In this document: in pieces, positions 1-11,503 of the stretch
How the letters are laid out: every line of letters starts with the position of its first letter
Numbering within the stretch: the stretch's first letter is position 1
DNA from: Zygophlyctis sp. KS116
Taxonomy: Eukaryota; Fungi; Chytridiomycota
Assembly (NCBI GenBank): GCA_054661495.1
Contig: BAAFSQ010000026.1
Coordinates: 30,001-62,000, forward strand
Direction: 5' to 3'
Length of the DNA: 32,000 bases
Notes under the pieces: model-generated
What the model saw: the letters and a program-made list of their open reading frames with translations, nothing else
The model's database searches: none
What the model was told of the DNA's origin: nothing
Program-made: the position numbers and the translations under genes

Positions 1-889
1 CAGTTTCATAAACACTAGAAGACGCAACTGAAGCATCATCTGCCCCTTCATAATCTTCATCTGTAGGATAATGTAAAGGACTTAAACATGTCGGAGAGTT
101 TAAAAGACTTTGAGAATCTATCGTCGCACTATACCTATTATTCAATTTAAAAGGATGAAATGGACGATCTAATCTCTTCCTAGTAGTTTTATAACTTATC
201 CATCTATCTGGTTTCCATTTTTTCCAATAAAAACATTTTGCTTGTCTTGAAGTAGAAATTATTTCATGATAAGCACGATTTTCTGAAGCCAAGAACAGAT
301 CTGAAAAAACGTCTGATAATTTAAATTTATTATCAGCTATTATGTTAGTTTTGTTAAAAATACCATTCTTTTTACATGATTTCTTTCTGAATTCCCAACC
401 ATCACTTATATAACCATCATTTAAATTATTTGACCATTTAGGCAATTCCGGCAGACTACACGTTGAATAAAAGTTATTTTTCGATTCATCATTGAGTGTA
501 CTAATTCTAAATCGTGATAAATCATTTAGAGTTGTAGCATCTGATTCAGTTTCTCTCTTTTTATGAAATCGTGGAGGAGTAACATGTATAAACAAGGAAG
601 AATTTGGAGAGTTCCACTTAACTCCAGTCTCAGAATCCGATTCAGAGTAAGCGGCTTTGGAATCTGTGGTTGGTAAAAGAATTGGAAGAGTTCCACAGTC
701 TGAATCTTCCTCATCGTCAAAAGTCCTTGTGAGTCGTAAAAGTCCGGGCGGTAAGCTGCCAGACGGAGTTCTCTTATGATTACCCTCTGCAGAGTATGGA
801 TTGAGCGGGGAATGCCTGCGTTCTGGCCTTATTGTCCTGTTTAGTAGAATATATGGAGGGACCTTTTTGCTCTCAGAGTCTGATGGCAT
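1..889 (-). CDS. Hypothetical Ser-rich/disordered protein, 3' end runs off the window
   Basis: ATG at 889 opens a frame with no stop to the window edge (MPSDSESKKVPPYILLNRTIRPERRHSPLNPYS...FDDEEDSDCG...), about 296 codons. It is absent from the ORF track because it has no stop. No recognisable domain. Confidence 0.6.
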   Translation of the reverse strand, partial: MPSDSESKKVPPYILLNRTIRPERRHSPLNPYSAEGNHKRTPSGSLPPGLLRLTRTFDDEEDSDCGTLPILLPTTDSKAAYSESDSETGVKWNSPNSSLFIHVTPPRFHKKRETESDATTLNDLSRFRISTLNDESKNNFYSTCSLPELPKWSNNLNDGYISDGWEFRKKSCKKNGIFNKTNIIADNKFKLSDVFSDLFLASENRAYHEIISTSRQAKCFYWKKWKPDRWISYKTTRKRLDRPFHPFKLNNRYSATIDSQSLLNSPTCLSPLHYPTDEDYEGADDASVASSSVYET

Positions 890-974
890 AACTCTTATAA
901 TGAAACGACGAGCGACAACGCGCAAATTGACTCGGTTAAACTCTCAACTCCATCAAATATTTACTCTAAACAGA

Positions 975-2181
975 TTAGATTGATATTTTCTCTGCTTGAA
1001 ATTCATGCATGATTTTTATCAATGCATCAACTCCATCAACAGACATTGCATTATAAAGTGAAGCTCTAATTCCTCCAACAGACCGATGTCCAGCCAATCC
1101 AACGAGTCCGGACTTTTCACAAATCTGTAAAAATTCTTCTTCAAGATCTTGATTAATTTGTCCATTTCGCCATATTCTAAATGGAATATTCATTCTAGAC
1201 TGATTTTCTTGAGTAACTGGACATTTATAGAAATTTGAGATTTGAATTGCTTCATATAGTTTAGAAGCTTTAATTCTATTCTTGACTGAAATTTTTTGTA
1301 ATCCACCAGACTCTAATATCCATTTAAAAACAAGTCCAGACACATAAATTGGAAAAGTTGGCGGTGTATTATAAAGTGATTTAGAATCAGCAAAAGTCTT
1401 GTAATCCAGCATTAAAGGAGGTATAAGTGGATTAACGCCTGAATTTTCTGGAATTAAATCTTTTCTAATTATAACTATTGTAACTCCTGCAGGACCGATA
1501 TTCTTTTGTGCACCTGCAAATATTACTCCAAAGTTTGATACATTTACAGGTCTGGAAAGAATATTAGAACTCATATCACATACTATAGGTACATTACCTT
1601 TTAAAGTACGTATTTGAGTTGAGAAATCACTAGGAAATTCAACACCATGAATCGTTTCATTATCACCTAATTGTTAAATCTAATAGTCTTCTTTGTGTTT
1701 ACCACATCAAAGTGACTAGAAATCTAATAAACTTACAATAGTAAATAAAAGCAGGATCACTAGAAAACGTCATTTCAGATATCGGTGGTATTTGACCAGT
1801 ATGTCCAGTTGATTTAGTAGTAAAAACTACATTTCCATCAACTCCGAGCCGTTTAGATTCATCGTACGCCTTTTGAGACCAGGCGCCCGTTATCAAGTAA
1901 TCAATCCGCTGGTTCTTATCACAAAGTAAATTATAAATGACTGCAGAGAATTGGGCAGTAGCTCCTCCTTGCATAAAAAGAATCTCATAATTATCAGGAA
2001 TGCTCAGCAAGGATTTTAAAGCTATCGTTGCATTACCAATTGTTGATAGAAATTCAGGAGACCGATGAGAGATCTCAATGATTGAAGAGCCGGTTCCACA
2101 AAAATCATCAAATTCATTCTTAATCTCTTGGATCACTACAGGGGGAAGAACGGCTGGGCCAGCGGAAAAGTTGTAGACCAT
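975..2181 (-). CDS. SER1: Phosphoserine aminotransferase (class V PLP enzyme)
   Basis: Motifs YNFSAGPAVLP, FMQGGATAQF, YYC|DNETIHGVEF, DMSSNILSRP, AGAQKNIGPAG, YNTPPTF, GHRSVGGIRASLYNA. One 70-nt intron (1667-1736) joins the two ORF-track pieces. Confidence 0.96.
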
Positions 2182-2236
2182 CAAAACGAAAACTTGATAA
2201 AATCCGTTTATTCATGTTTCGGACTTAATTTTAGAC

Positions 2237-4236
2237 TTAAAAGCCATTTATTCCCTTCTCAGCCTTTTTGCTTGGAGGACCCGATGATAATCGCATCAGA
2301 GGAGCAGTAGTTTTAGAAAATCCAATCGCCCCAATAATCATATATGCTATACTAAGTGCAACATTGATTAGTACACAGTACCAAAGCGTGGGGGTATCAA
2401 GCGCAAATCTTTTCAGAATATCAGATCCAGATGTTTGACAGCCGTTAGGATTACTAGTGCATGAAACATTAAAAGTAAGACCATTGAATTCATTTTGTGC
2501 CAGAGCTTTATTTGAGAATGAAATGAATGAAATATACTGTATCCATTTAAGAGATGGAGGAGCATTTTCAAGATTCACAAACTGTCCTCCAAAAATAAGG
2601 AATACAACAATAATTAATGGGGCTATAATCTGTCCTACTCTTGCTGAACGTACCCAAGAACCAATCGCAACTCCAAGTGCATTAGCTGTATGAGATTGAA
2701 CAAGTATAATAAGTATAAATGTGAAGTATTTAGCAACATCATTCTGAAGACCAATCATCCAGTATACAGGAAAACTCAAGATTAATGAGCCTGCATAGAC
2801 CAAGGGTAAAGTTGAAATAAATTTAGACAAAAATCCAGATATAGATCTATATGTTCCAGCAGCTCTTTCTCGTTTTATAATAATTTTCTGTTCAGGGAAA
2901 ACATTAATAGTAGGCATTACAGTTCCAAAAGTTTGATTAACACAAATAAAAAACAGAACTCCCAATCTATCTTGAATTCCACTCTCTGTTAGAGGAAGAC
3001 GAAAGAAGATAAATCCCATTACAATCTAAAATTATTCATTCAAGTTCTAGTACCGTTAAAAAGACTCCTTGACCAATAGTTGCACCCAAGATTGCTTTAT
3101 CACGAATCACATCCAACATTGCTCTTTTCAAGAGAATCAAAATTTCATAATAAATTGGAGAGGGCCATGCAACTTTTCCAGAAGGATTAGTCACAGATTC
3201 TTTCAAATCAGCTTTAGATGCTCTTGGTGAAACAATTTTAGTACGTTCTTCCCATGCCTTTTGAAATAATTTAATTCTCTTTGTAGACTCTTCTTTGAAT
3301 TCTGCAGTTCTTTGATCCAAAGTACTAATATCAGAGAAAAAATCTGAAGGATTTGTATTTGGAGGAATTTGAAATCCTAATTTACCAAAATGAGTCAATG
3401 CATTATCTGTTTGCCCGTACCAAATTGTTTTACCAATTGATAATAAAAGAATTTTATCCAAACATTCAATAATATCAGTTCTAGGCTGATGAATAGTCAT
3501 TATAACAACAGTCTTGTGATGTTCAGCAAATTTCTTTAAAGTCTTTATAAGATTTACAGCAGTAAAAGCATCTAACCCAGAAGTAGGTTCATCCAAAAAT
3601 AATATATCAGGTTCTGTTACCAACTTTTTTTTAAACAAGTTAAAATACCTCCATTGCAATAGCAACTCTTTTTCTTTCTCCTCCTGAAATCCCTTTTGAA
3701 TCCGTACTACCAATCCAAACATTTTTACAACCATCTAGTCCCAATTCCATAATAATGTTATCAACCTTTTTAAACTTTTCCTCGGTAGACATTTTGAATG
3801 GTAAACGTAACAAGGCAGAAAATCTTAAAGTTTCAATGACTGATAGATTAGCAAACATGAGATCATCCTGTTCTACAAAAGCGCACTGAGTTCTCCATAA
3901 ATTTGGGTCTCTTGGCTTTCCGTTAAATAATATAGTTCCTTCAATTTTTCCAGGTCCCAAGCGACCGGACAAACAGTTGAGTAAAGTAGACTTTCCAGCA
4001 CCCGATCCTCCCATAATTCCAATCACTTGTCCCCCATAAACAGCGGCAGTATTTGCAGACAGCAGTACCTTGTCAACAGTGTTTTTCCCATCCTTGACTT
4101 GAACAGTGAAACCAACGTCATTCCATTCAAATGATTTTCCTTGTCCAGTCATTTCAATAGCTGTGCTACCATTTATTTCGTCTTTGAGAGTCTCATTCAT
4201 TTTACTTAAAGATTCTGGAATTATTTTTTTTGACAT
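2237..4236 (-). CDS. ABCG (white-like) half transporter, NBD-TMD
   Basis: Walker A GGSGAGKST, signature ISGGERKR, Walker B ILFLDEPTSGLD, IHQPR, NPSDF, then an ABC2 membrane domain. Introns 3624-3648 (25 nt) and 3026-3053 (28 nt). Start at ATG 4236 or 4200. Confidence 0.93.
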
Positions 4237-4255
4237 CAAAAGCGTCAACTTTTTA

Positions 4256-5781
4256 CTACAAATATTCCTTTTTTAAAGAGACTTTACCAGTAGACTTGTC
4301 GTGGTTTAATACTCTACGCATGATATCTCTAATCTGATCTTTATTCTTGGTATTTTGCAAGATGTTTGATTTAAAATGTCCCACAATTTCTTTAACAGTA
4401 AATGCTACACTTGATCCTTTTAAAAGTTTTAAAACATCTTCATCTACTAAAAGTCCTAAAATGTAAAAATAAATTCAATTACCTTCTTCAGACATTGGAG
4501 CAGGAGAAGGAGAATTGGCTGGAGAATTACTAGGTGAATATGCAGGAGTTCCTTGATTTGAAGGCGTACCAGAAGCCTTCTTATTCTTTGATAATTTTTT
4601 CTGTTTTTCAAGTTCACGAGCAATCACTTTAGATGCAGAAGGAGGTGGAGGAGTACTACTTGTTTCAATTTTACGTCTCTTTTTTTCACTTCCTTCATCA
4701 GATGATATAGTATGATTAGAGTCTAATTTTTCTTGTTTAATAGCAACATCTACAGAATTAGAAGAGTAGGAACTAGAAGATTTTAATTTTAAAAGTGCTG
4801 CTTCAGCTTCTCCCATATTAGAATCTAAAGTTTTCTTTTTAACAACAAAATCTGATAAATCAAATCTTTCTTGTTTTATACTTGCTTGACTAAATTCATC
4901 TTCTTCCTAGAAAATTAATTTAATAAATATACCAAATCACTTATATAAGGATTAGATTCATCAAATAATCCATCATAAACATCATTTTTTTCTATTTTTG
5001 TAAGAGACATTGTTAAAGATTTTTCCAGTTTACCCACTTTTCTCTCTTCTTCTTCAAAATCTGAATCCTCTTCTCCCAATAGTGCATGTTTTCCAGCTCT
5101 TCCATATTGTCTATGACTTGCTTCTCGTGCTTCTTCTTTATCTTCAATCCCAAAATCTACTTCTTCATCATCAGCAAATTCCTCTTCAAAGTCCAATTCT
5201 TCAGTGTCTCTCTTTTTCCCCTTGTTACTCTTTTTCTTTTTAATATTTTCTTCTTGAGAATTGTTTGATTCTTTTTTAATCCTCATCATCCATCTATCTG
5301 ACGGTTTCTGAGCAAAAGTCCCAATTTTCTCTTCAACCTCTTCAAAACTTAATTTTTGTTTTTTAAGTCTAGGAATGAATTTATATCTCTTTGAGACTGG
5401 GATAACCTTGAATCCCTCTTGAGAGAATACAAAGAGAGCATACGTAGAATTTTGAGCTTCTTGTCTAGATCCTGTAAAAGTTTTAGAATCATTTTCCAGA
5501 TCAGAGAGAATCCAAGGTAATTTATCAGGATCTTTTTCTTCCTTTTCTCTAGCAAATGTTTTCCGTTTAAATGATTTCTTTGAATTTGGGGCAATTTGTG
5601 CTTCCATTTCTAATTTCTTTTCGTCCTTTTCCCTTTTTTCGTCTTCCTTGACAATAATTTCTCTCGCTAAACTTGGCGATTTTAAAGAAGAAAGGTTGAA
5701 TGTGTCTGAATGTATTTTCATAATATGATGGGAGATTGTGGGACCACAGGATTTTAATTGAAATTCCTTGAAATCTTGCAT
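4256..5781 (-). CDS. TFG1: Transcription initiation factor TFIIF large subunit (RAP74/Tfg1-like)
   Basis: PW..D....FTG, YALFVF...GFKVIPVSKRYKF.PR, LSFEEVEE, ELDFEEEFADDEE, an acidic linker and a C-terminal winged-helix-sized domain. Introns 4907-4932 (26 nt) and 4456-4482 (27 nt). Stop TAG at 4256-4258. Confidence 0.78.
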
Positions 5782-5803
5782 TTTCCTATAAAATTTTGAA
5801 GTC

Positions 5804-5970
5804 GAATTATTCACTAATGGAATTATTCACTGGATTTATTCACTTTAGGTTTTATTAGATTTTATTAGATTTTATTAGAATTATTAGAATTTAGATCTCG
5901 TAATAATATTAGAATTATTAGATTTTATAAGAATTATAAAGAAAATTATAAGAATTATAAGAAAATTATA
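5804..5970. repeat. Degenerate AT-rich tandem repeat (GAATTATTCACT x3, then TTTTATTAGA-like, then AGAATTATAA-like units)
   Basis: Read directly. Units of about 9-16 bp drift from one consensus to the next and fill the STPG2-TFG1 spacer. Confidence 0.8.
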
Positions 5971-8113
5971 AAGGCAACAGATCTGTCAACGTTATGTTAT
6001 ACGTTTTTTTAATCAAAGAGTCATTGTCTACATCATAAGCTCCAGGACCAGGAAGTGTGTTTTTGGCTCCTGGGAATCTTACAATAGAAGAGGCAAAGGA
6101 ACTCTTGAAATGGGTTTTCTTTTGTAATGGTGAAGGATTGTATTCTCCAGGTCCAGGAATGTTTTCATTGACTATATTATTAAAAAGTTTTTTAAAATTA
6201 CTTGTATATAAATCATGTTGTTTTTGATGAGATGACATTATAGAAATGTTTTCTATTTTACCCTTGCTGATAAGTCTTTCAAATGCTTTTTCAGAATCAT
6301 ATGCATTAGGTGGTGGAACTGGTTTTAATAAGTTTTAAATACCTGGATTATGAGACTCTTTAAATCTTTCAGTTTGACTACCAAATATAGGTATATGCAT
6401 TTGTGCGGCATTAAGTAAAATATTACCAATTTTTAGATTTACAGGTCCTTTTTTTAAGAGTGAAGTAATCCTTGATTCTTGAAAAGTATTAGAATCTAAT
6501 TGATTTTTAATCATGGATTCTCCATTGTTAACTTGATAATAAATGTTTGTTTCTGGATTATATTGTCCCGGTCCAGGTTCATTAGTAGATAATTTGCTTT
6601 TAAATCTTTCTGTAAAAGATCCAAATGCAATAGCTGGGTTAGAACTACCAAGTTTGCTTTTTCTTTGGACAGATGATACAAGAGAATATACCTAATGTAA
6701 AATAATAAAATTTACTTGACTTAATTCATAGCTTCCTGGTGCAGGTACACTCCTAGATTTAATTGTATTGCTTTCAAATCTCTTGGTTCTGGATCCAAAA
6801 GAATTTGTTTTTGGGGATAAAGACTATTGTAAAATGGATTTAAAAAGTACTTGGGAATTTCCTGAAACTTGAGGATAATAACTTCCTGGTCCAGGAGTTT
6901 CTAATTGTGTTGAAAATTTATGGCCTTCTATTTTTAAGTTTTTAAAGGAAATTACCGCCAAAACCAGTCTGTTTTTTTGAAGTCTTTAAAGGATTTGCAT
7001 TCTTGAGTTCATATGCTCCAGGACTATGAATATTAAATTTGGAATTAAAATATACCCTGGTATTCCCTATCAATTAAAAATTAAAAATATAATACCTTTT
7101 TTACAGCGTTCAAAACTATTTCGTCTGTAAGTCTTTTACAAGGAGCCAAGGCCATCACTGCAGGTCCTCTAGACGACTGTTTTAGATATTGATCAGGACT
7201 TTCAATATCATAAACATTTGGGCCTGGTCCAGGATGCGGCTTAAATGTTAATCTTCCCTCTCCCTTTCCGAATCTATATCCACGATTTGAATGTTTTGAT
7301 TCTTCTGCAAAAGATGTTAAATATGAAGGTTCTCTATATTCTGGCTCTGCAATTGCTTTTCTTGGAATTAATTCTCCTTGTTCATCTTCTGTATACCCAA
7401 ATGTAGACTGACCAATTGGAATAGATGGAGGTACATGTTTTCTTTTCCATGTGATTTTACTTTTTTTGGGTGGCTTCTTGATAGCCGATGCAGCAGAAGA
7501 AATTCCTCTGGCATGTTTAGCGACTAAGAGCATTTTTTTAGGATCAATAGCCTGAGCTACTTGTCTATTCTCACTTTCAACTGGTAAACTATGATTAATA
7601 CTTTGTCCTTGATCCATATCATGCAGATCATGAATATTCAAATTTTGAAATTCATCATCAATGAGAACTGGTTGTTGAGTAAGAAAATTGGACTGATTAT
7701 TCAATTTTGACGATGCAGCTTGAATTGCATTAGATCTTAATTTTAAAGACGACGGAAGGACATAACTTCCTGGACCGGGAGTATCACCGATTTTAGAATC
7801 AAATCTTGTAGCTCTTGATCTTCCAAAAAATGAAGATCTGTCTCCTCTGTGAAATGGTAATGATGGCGAATCATATGCCCCAGGAGCAGGAGTATATTTT
7901 ATCAGAGTTTCAAAAGTGGACAATCTAGGAGAAAGAGAAGAGAATGGGGCATATCTAATAAATGCATTAGTAATATCAAGTATACCCAGCTTTTTTGGTA
8001 TTTTTACCCCAAATCTGTCCGACATTATCAGGATTATAACTTCCAGGACCAAGTTTTGGATTTGCATGATCTAGATCTGACATTAAAAACAATCTTTCTG
8101 CTCTTGAATACAT
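5966..8113 (-). CDS. Sperm-tail PG-rich repeat (SHIPPO/STPG2-like) flagellar protein
   Basis: Starts MYSRAERL and contains many PGPGxY/PAPGxY repeats and YAPFSS. Seven introns: 7955-7985, 7067-7095, 7024-7055, 6928-6955, 6824-6850, 6692-6715, 6319-6342. An 11-nt exon lies at 7056-7066. Confidence 0.85.
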
Positions 8114-8149
8114 TTTTATTTAAGAAAGAAGGGACAGTAAGATGACGTT

Positions 8150-8472
8150 TCACGGAAACCACTCATGATCACCAAAACTCGTAGACATGATGCAACTGAG
8201 CTTTTTCATTTTACAGACCATTATCGGACATGTTCCATCAGTCTATAATTTAGTAAATTTAATATTACCGATAATGGAAGTGGGTCTCCCAAACATTCTT
8301 TCCATCCATCCGCATCTTGAATCTTACATGAGCACATTCCCAGTTTATCAATAATGCATTTAATAGACTTTTGCGATCCATAAATTGTAGTAATTGGAGC
8401 CTTGTAGTAGCCACAAGTACCTTGATTTAACGCATAGACTAATTGTAGACATAGTAGAACGGGTAATTTCAT
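8150..8472 (-). CDS. Small secreted cysteine-rich protein (about 98 aa, 8 Cys after the signal peptide)
   Basis: Signal-like MKLPVLLCLQLVYA. A 26-nt intron (8243-8268) continues the frame as TDGTCPIMVCKMKKLSCIMSTSFGDHEWFP*. Alternative ATG at 8481. Confidence 0.65.
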
Positions 8473-8549
8473 TAATTCCATTGTCGGAATCCTATAATTG
8501 ATTAGAAATACTATTTGGAAATCTCAAAGAAAAATCAATAATGATGTAT

Positions 8550-8961
8550 TTAATAAGGATCATTCCAATACTCCTGATCGTAATTTTCAACCAGATTAGA
8601 ATTAGAGCAATACAATTGTCCAAAATGCTGAAAACCACCTCTAAGCACATTAATTTCCTGAGATGGAGATTTAATTTCATTGTATCTATTAGCACATTTT
8701 GGGCCTCGGACTTGAGATAAACTACATCTTAGATCTAGAAAATTACGCACAATGGAATATGATGATTTTTACATCTTTAAGCTCATTATAATACTCTTGG
8801 ATTCTGTCCATAAATTCATGAGATGGGATATTTCTCGCTTGAATAATATTTCCAAAAGGATAATCATCGCCTCTAACATCAATAATTAAATAGTCTTTCC
8901 CAACAACCATTGATTGATCTAATATGATGTCGGCAAGATCGTTTGGAGAAATATATTTCAT
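8550..8961 (-). CDS. Cdc25-like rhodanese-fold phosphatase / arsenate reductase (Ibp1/Ych1/Acr2 family)
   Basis: IIDVRGDDY..GNI, NIPS. The active-site loop FHCA|LSQVRGP is rebuilt by a 25-nt intron (8722-8746). Also VLRGGF and LVENY. Confidence 0.9.
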
Positions 8962-9012
8962 TTTGATCTTTTTAGATTTATATTAACCTAAAACGATGAT
9001 CTTACAAACGAT

Positions 9013-10188
9013 TTATTTCTTGCCGGTTCTCTTTTTAAATATGCTCGAGTCTGAAAGAATCAAATTAATTGATTCAAGACTATTTGTACATGATTCTTCA
9101 ATCTGAAATTGATTATTTGGTTCAATCTTTAGAGTTGGTGTTCCAGATTTCTGAAAATAGTTTGCAGCATCATTGTTCAGATTTACTGGAGTTTTAAGAA
9201 TTGAGGGTATTGGAGACCATAACGGCCTAATTTTAGAAAATACTGGATTTGAAATTTTGTCCGAAAACCAAGGATGTGATTCGATTTGATCTGCTCTTAA
9301 TCTTTCCAAAGGATTAACTTTTAAAAGGTTTGCGATCAAATCTTTTGCATTTTGACTTATAGAGTCCCAAAATGGTGAAAGAAATTCAAAAACTCCAAGA
9401 CGAATTTTATCTGCCAAATTACCTTTTTCATCTTCATAAAATGGAGGATACGCTACTAGTAATGTAAATAGTAAACATCCCAATGACCAAATATCCACTT
9501 GTAATGAATAAAGTTTTTCTTGTAATAATTCTGGAGCAGCATAGGCAAAGGTGCCACAAGGAGTTGAAGTATTTTGATTTTGAATGATTTTAGATAATCC
9601 AAAATCTGCAATAACTACTCCAACATTTTGAGATTTAATATCAATACTAGAAACTAGTATATTTTCTAATTTCAAATCACGATGAACAATTCCTTTTTGA
9701 TGAATATATGAGACCGCAGAACATAGCTGATGCATTATACTTCTTGTAATAAATTTAATTTTGAGGATACCTACAATAAGTCTCATTAAACTATAAATTA
9801 TTGTAAAAATTAAATACTGGACCATGATAAGTCACCAACTGAAAGAGATCTCCCAACGGATAATACGGAAATACCAAAATCTTGGTTCCGTCTAAACAAT
9901 TTTGATAATCTATCAATTGTACAATATTCGAATGCTTTAATTTCCTTAGAATATTCACCTCATTGAGAATATACTTATCCTTGAATTATAATTTCAATAA
10001 AATACGATTGATCTCAACTTTTTAACAACAACTCTTTCATCATTTGAATTTGCAACCCAAATCTCTGATTCTTCTACTGATCCTATTACATTGATTCTAC
10101 AAGATTTAGTAGAACAGTCTCTATCATTATCCCATTATTTATACTCTTTTAATTGCGCAATCAACTCAAATCTATAGACTTTTTCCAT
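9013..10188 (-). CDS. CAMK-group Ser/Thr kinase (Rck1/2-Srk1/CaMK1-like) with degenerate Gly-rich loop
   Basis: VVVKK, NEVNIL..LKHSNIV, HRDLKLEN, ADFGLSK, TPCGT..YAAPE, DIWSLG, FLSPFWDSIS. Introns 10121-10144, 9980-10005, 9791-9817, 9743-9770. The first exon is the least certain. Confidence 0.85.
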
Positions 10189-10199
10189 AAGTATAAATC

Positions 10200-10828
10200 T
10201 TATTTATTAGTTTCTTTACTTTCCTTTTCCTCCAATTCAGCATTATGCTTTTTAGAATCTTCAAACTGATCTTTAAACTTGTTTGCATCTATTAAACATT
10301 AATAAAATATTTTATACTTTCTGTATTTGCAAATCTGATTGCCAATAATTCTGGTTTTGCTTCTCCTTCAGAAAAGTCTGCAAGAGCAGAATAAACCCAA
10401 GATCTATCAGATCCCACATTCATAGATAGAGTCATGTCCAATGTAACTTTTTATTAAAAGATGTAAAACTTACTGTAATGATTAGCACAAATCTTGTGAG
10501 TCTTGTCCCTTCGCATCAACAATCTAATTTTAGTCGAGACTTTATGTTTTAAAAACTTGACATCTCCAGTTCCTCGTTCTTTCCATTCATTTGTAGACTT
10601 GTCAAAACGAAACATTTTAGCTCTCATTTTAAAAATCGTTTCTTCATCTTCCTCAAATGTTTTAATATCGTCCAATTGCTCTAATTTAACGACTGGTTCA
10701 AATTCCACTTCAGGCGAAGGTTCGACTTCTTCCTCCTTGTCTTGTGATTCTTTGACAGGCTCTTGTTTGTCATCCTTGACTTGTTCAAGAGGCTTTTTAT
10801 CGACAATTTCTTGCACTTTTTCAGTCAT
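10200..10828 (-). CDS. YRB1: Ran-binding protein 1 (RanBP1)
   Basis: [72 protein letters not shown]. Introns 10447-10473 and 10289-10317. Confidence 0.95.
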
Positions 10829-10916
10829 AACTTGATCCTTGGCCTAGACTCTGTAAACTCTGACTCTTTCAGTCCGTTGTCTCTCAAGACTAGTAGAAAT
10901 AAAAATTATAAAATAA

Positions 10917-11494
10917 TCATGAGTATTTCCAATCACTAAACGATTCCAGAATTTTAAACCGTGAATCCAAAGTTTTAGAATCAGCCGATTTCTTTTTTAC
11001 TAGAATCAGTCCTGGAATCAATCCAATCAGTTTTGATAAACGTTGATTGTCATCGTCCAAATGATAAGTAGGAGATAAATGACGTACCATGTGATATAAT
11101 CCATCAGATGTATCACAAAATAATACTTGATTAGGATTCAGTCCGGATGAATACAGTCCAGAGGAATAATACAATGATTTAATAGCAATTTCTTCAGCAT
11201 CGCAAGACACATGATGAATCAAATATAGAGATTGTGATTTTAATATTTCAATTAGAGTCGGGAGGATGGATTCTTTAAAGGCAAAATTAGGACTAGAAGA
11301 ATCAAGGGATGGATTCCATACTAAAATCTTGGATTAATTAAAGAAATTCTTACATTTCTAGCAGCGATTGATGTTTTAGATTTGGACAATCTTTTTCGGT
11401 AAATGGCTGTTAAGAGTTTAAAGAGTTTGCCTCCAGAGTACAAGACAACAAGTAATAAAAGACTCTTTAAAATTCTATTCAAAACTGAATTCAT
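10917..11494 (-). CDS. PEX22: Peroxin Pex22-like protein (plant-type motif)
   Basis: N-terminal TM segment with a basic flank (MNSVLNRILKSLLLLVVLYSGGKLFKLLTAIYRKRL). 26-nt intron at 11328-11353. QVLFCDTSDGLYHMVRHLSPTYHLD resembles plant PEX22 KVLFCST..GR.SFVRQLEP.WHID (recalled, not searched). Confidence 0.65.
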
Positions 11495-11503
11495 AAAAAT
11501 TCT

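Noticed and set aside
5804-5970. CRISPR array or telomeric repeat
   Set aside because: Eukaryotic context, no repeat-spacer structure, and the units are degenerate with no G-rich strand.
6660-6715. Recursive splice site (ag|gtatat) in the STPG2-like gene
   Set aside because: Removing a second 29-nt segment frameshifts to an immediate stop, while reading GTA TAT as exon keeps the frame.
10503-10835. Antisense/overlapping ORF-track entries (e.g. 2457-2693, 5010-5268, 10503-10835, 12357-13010, 16483-17192 minus, 18315-18641, 25951-26250, 30523-30872)
   Set aside because: They are shadows of real genes on the opposite strand or frame, with biased composition and no motifs.
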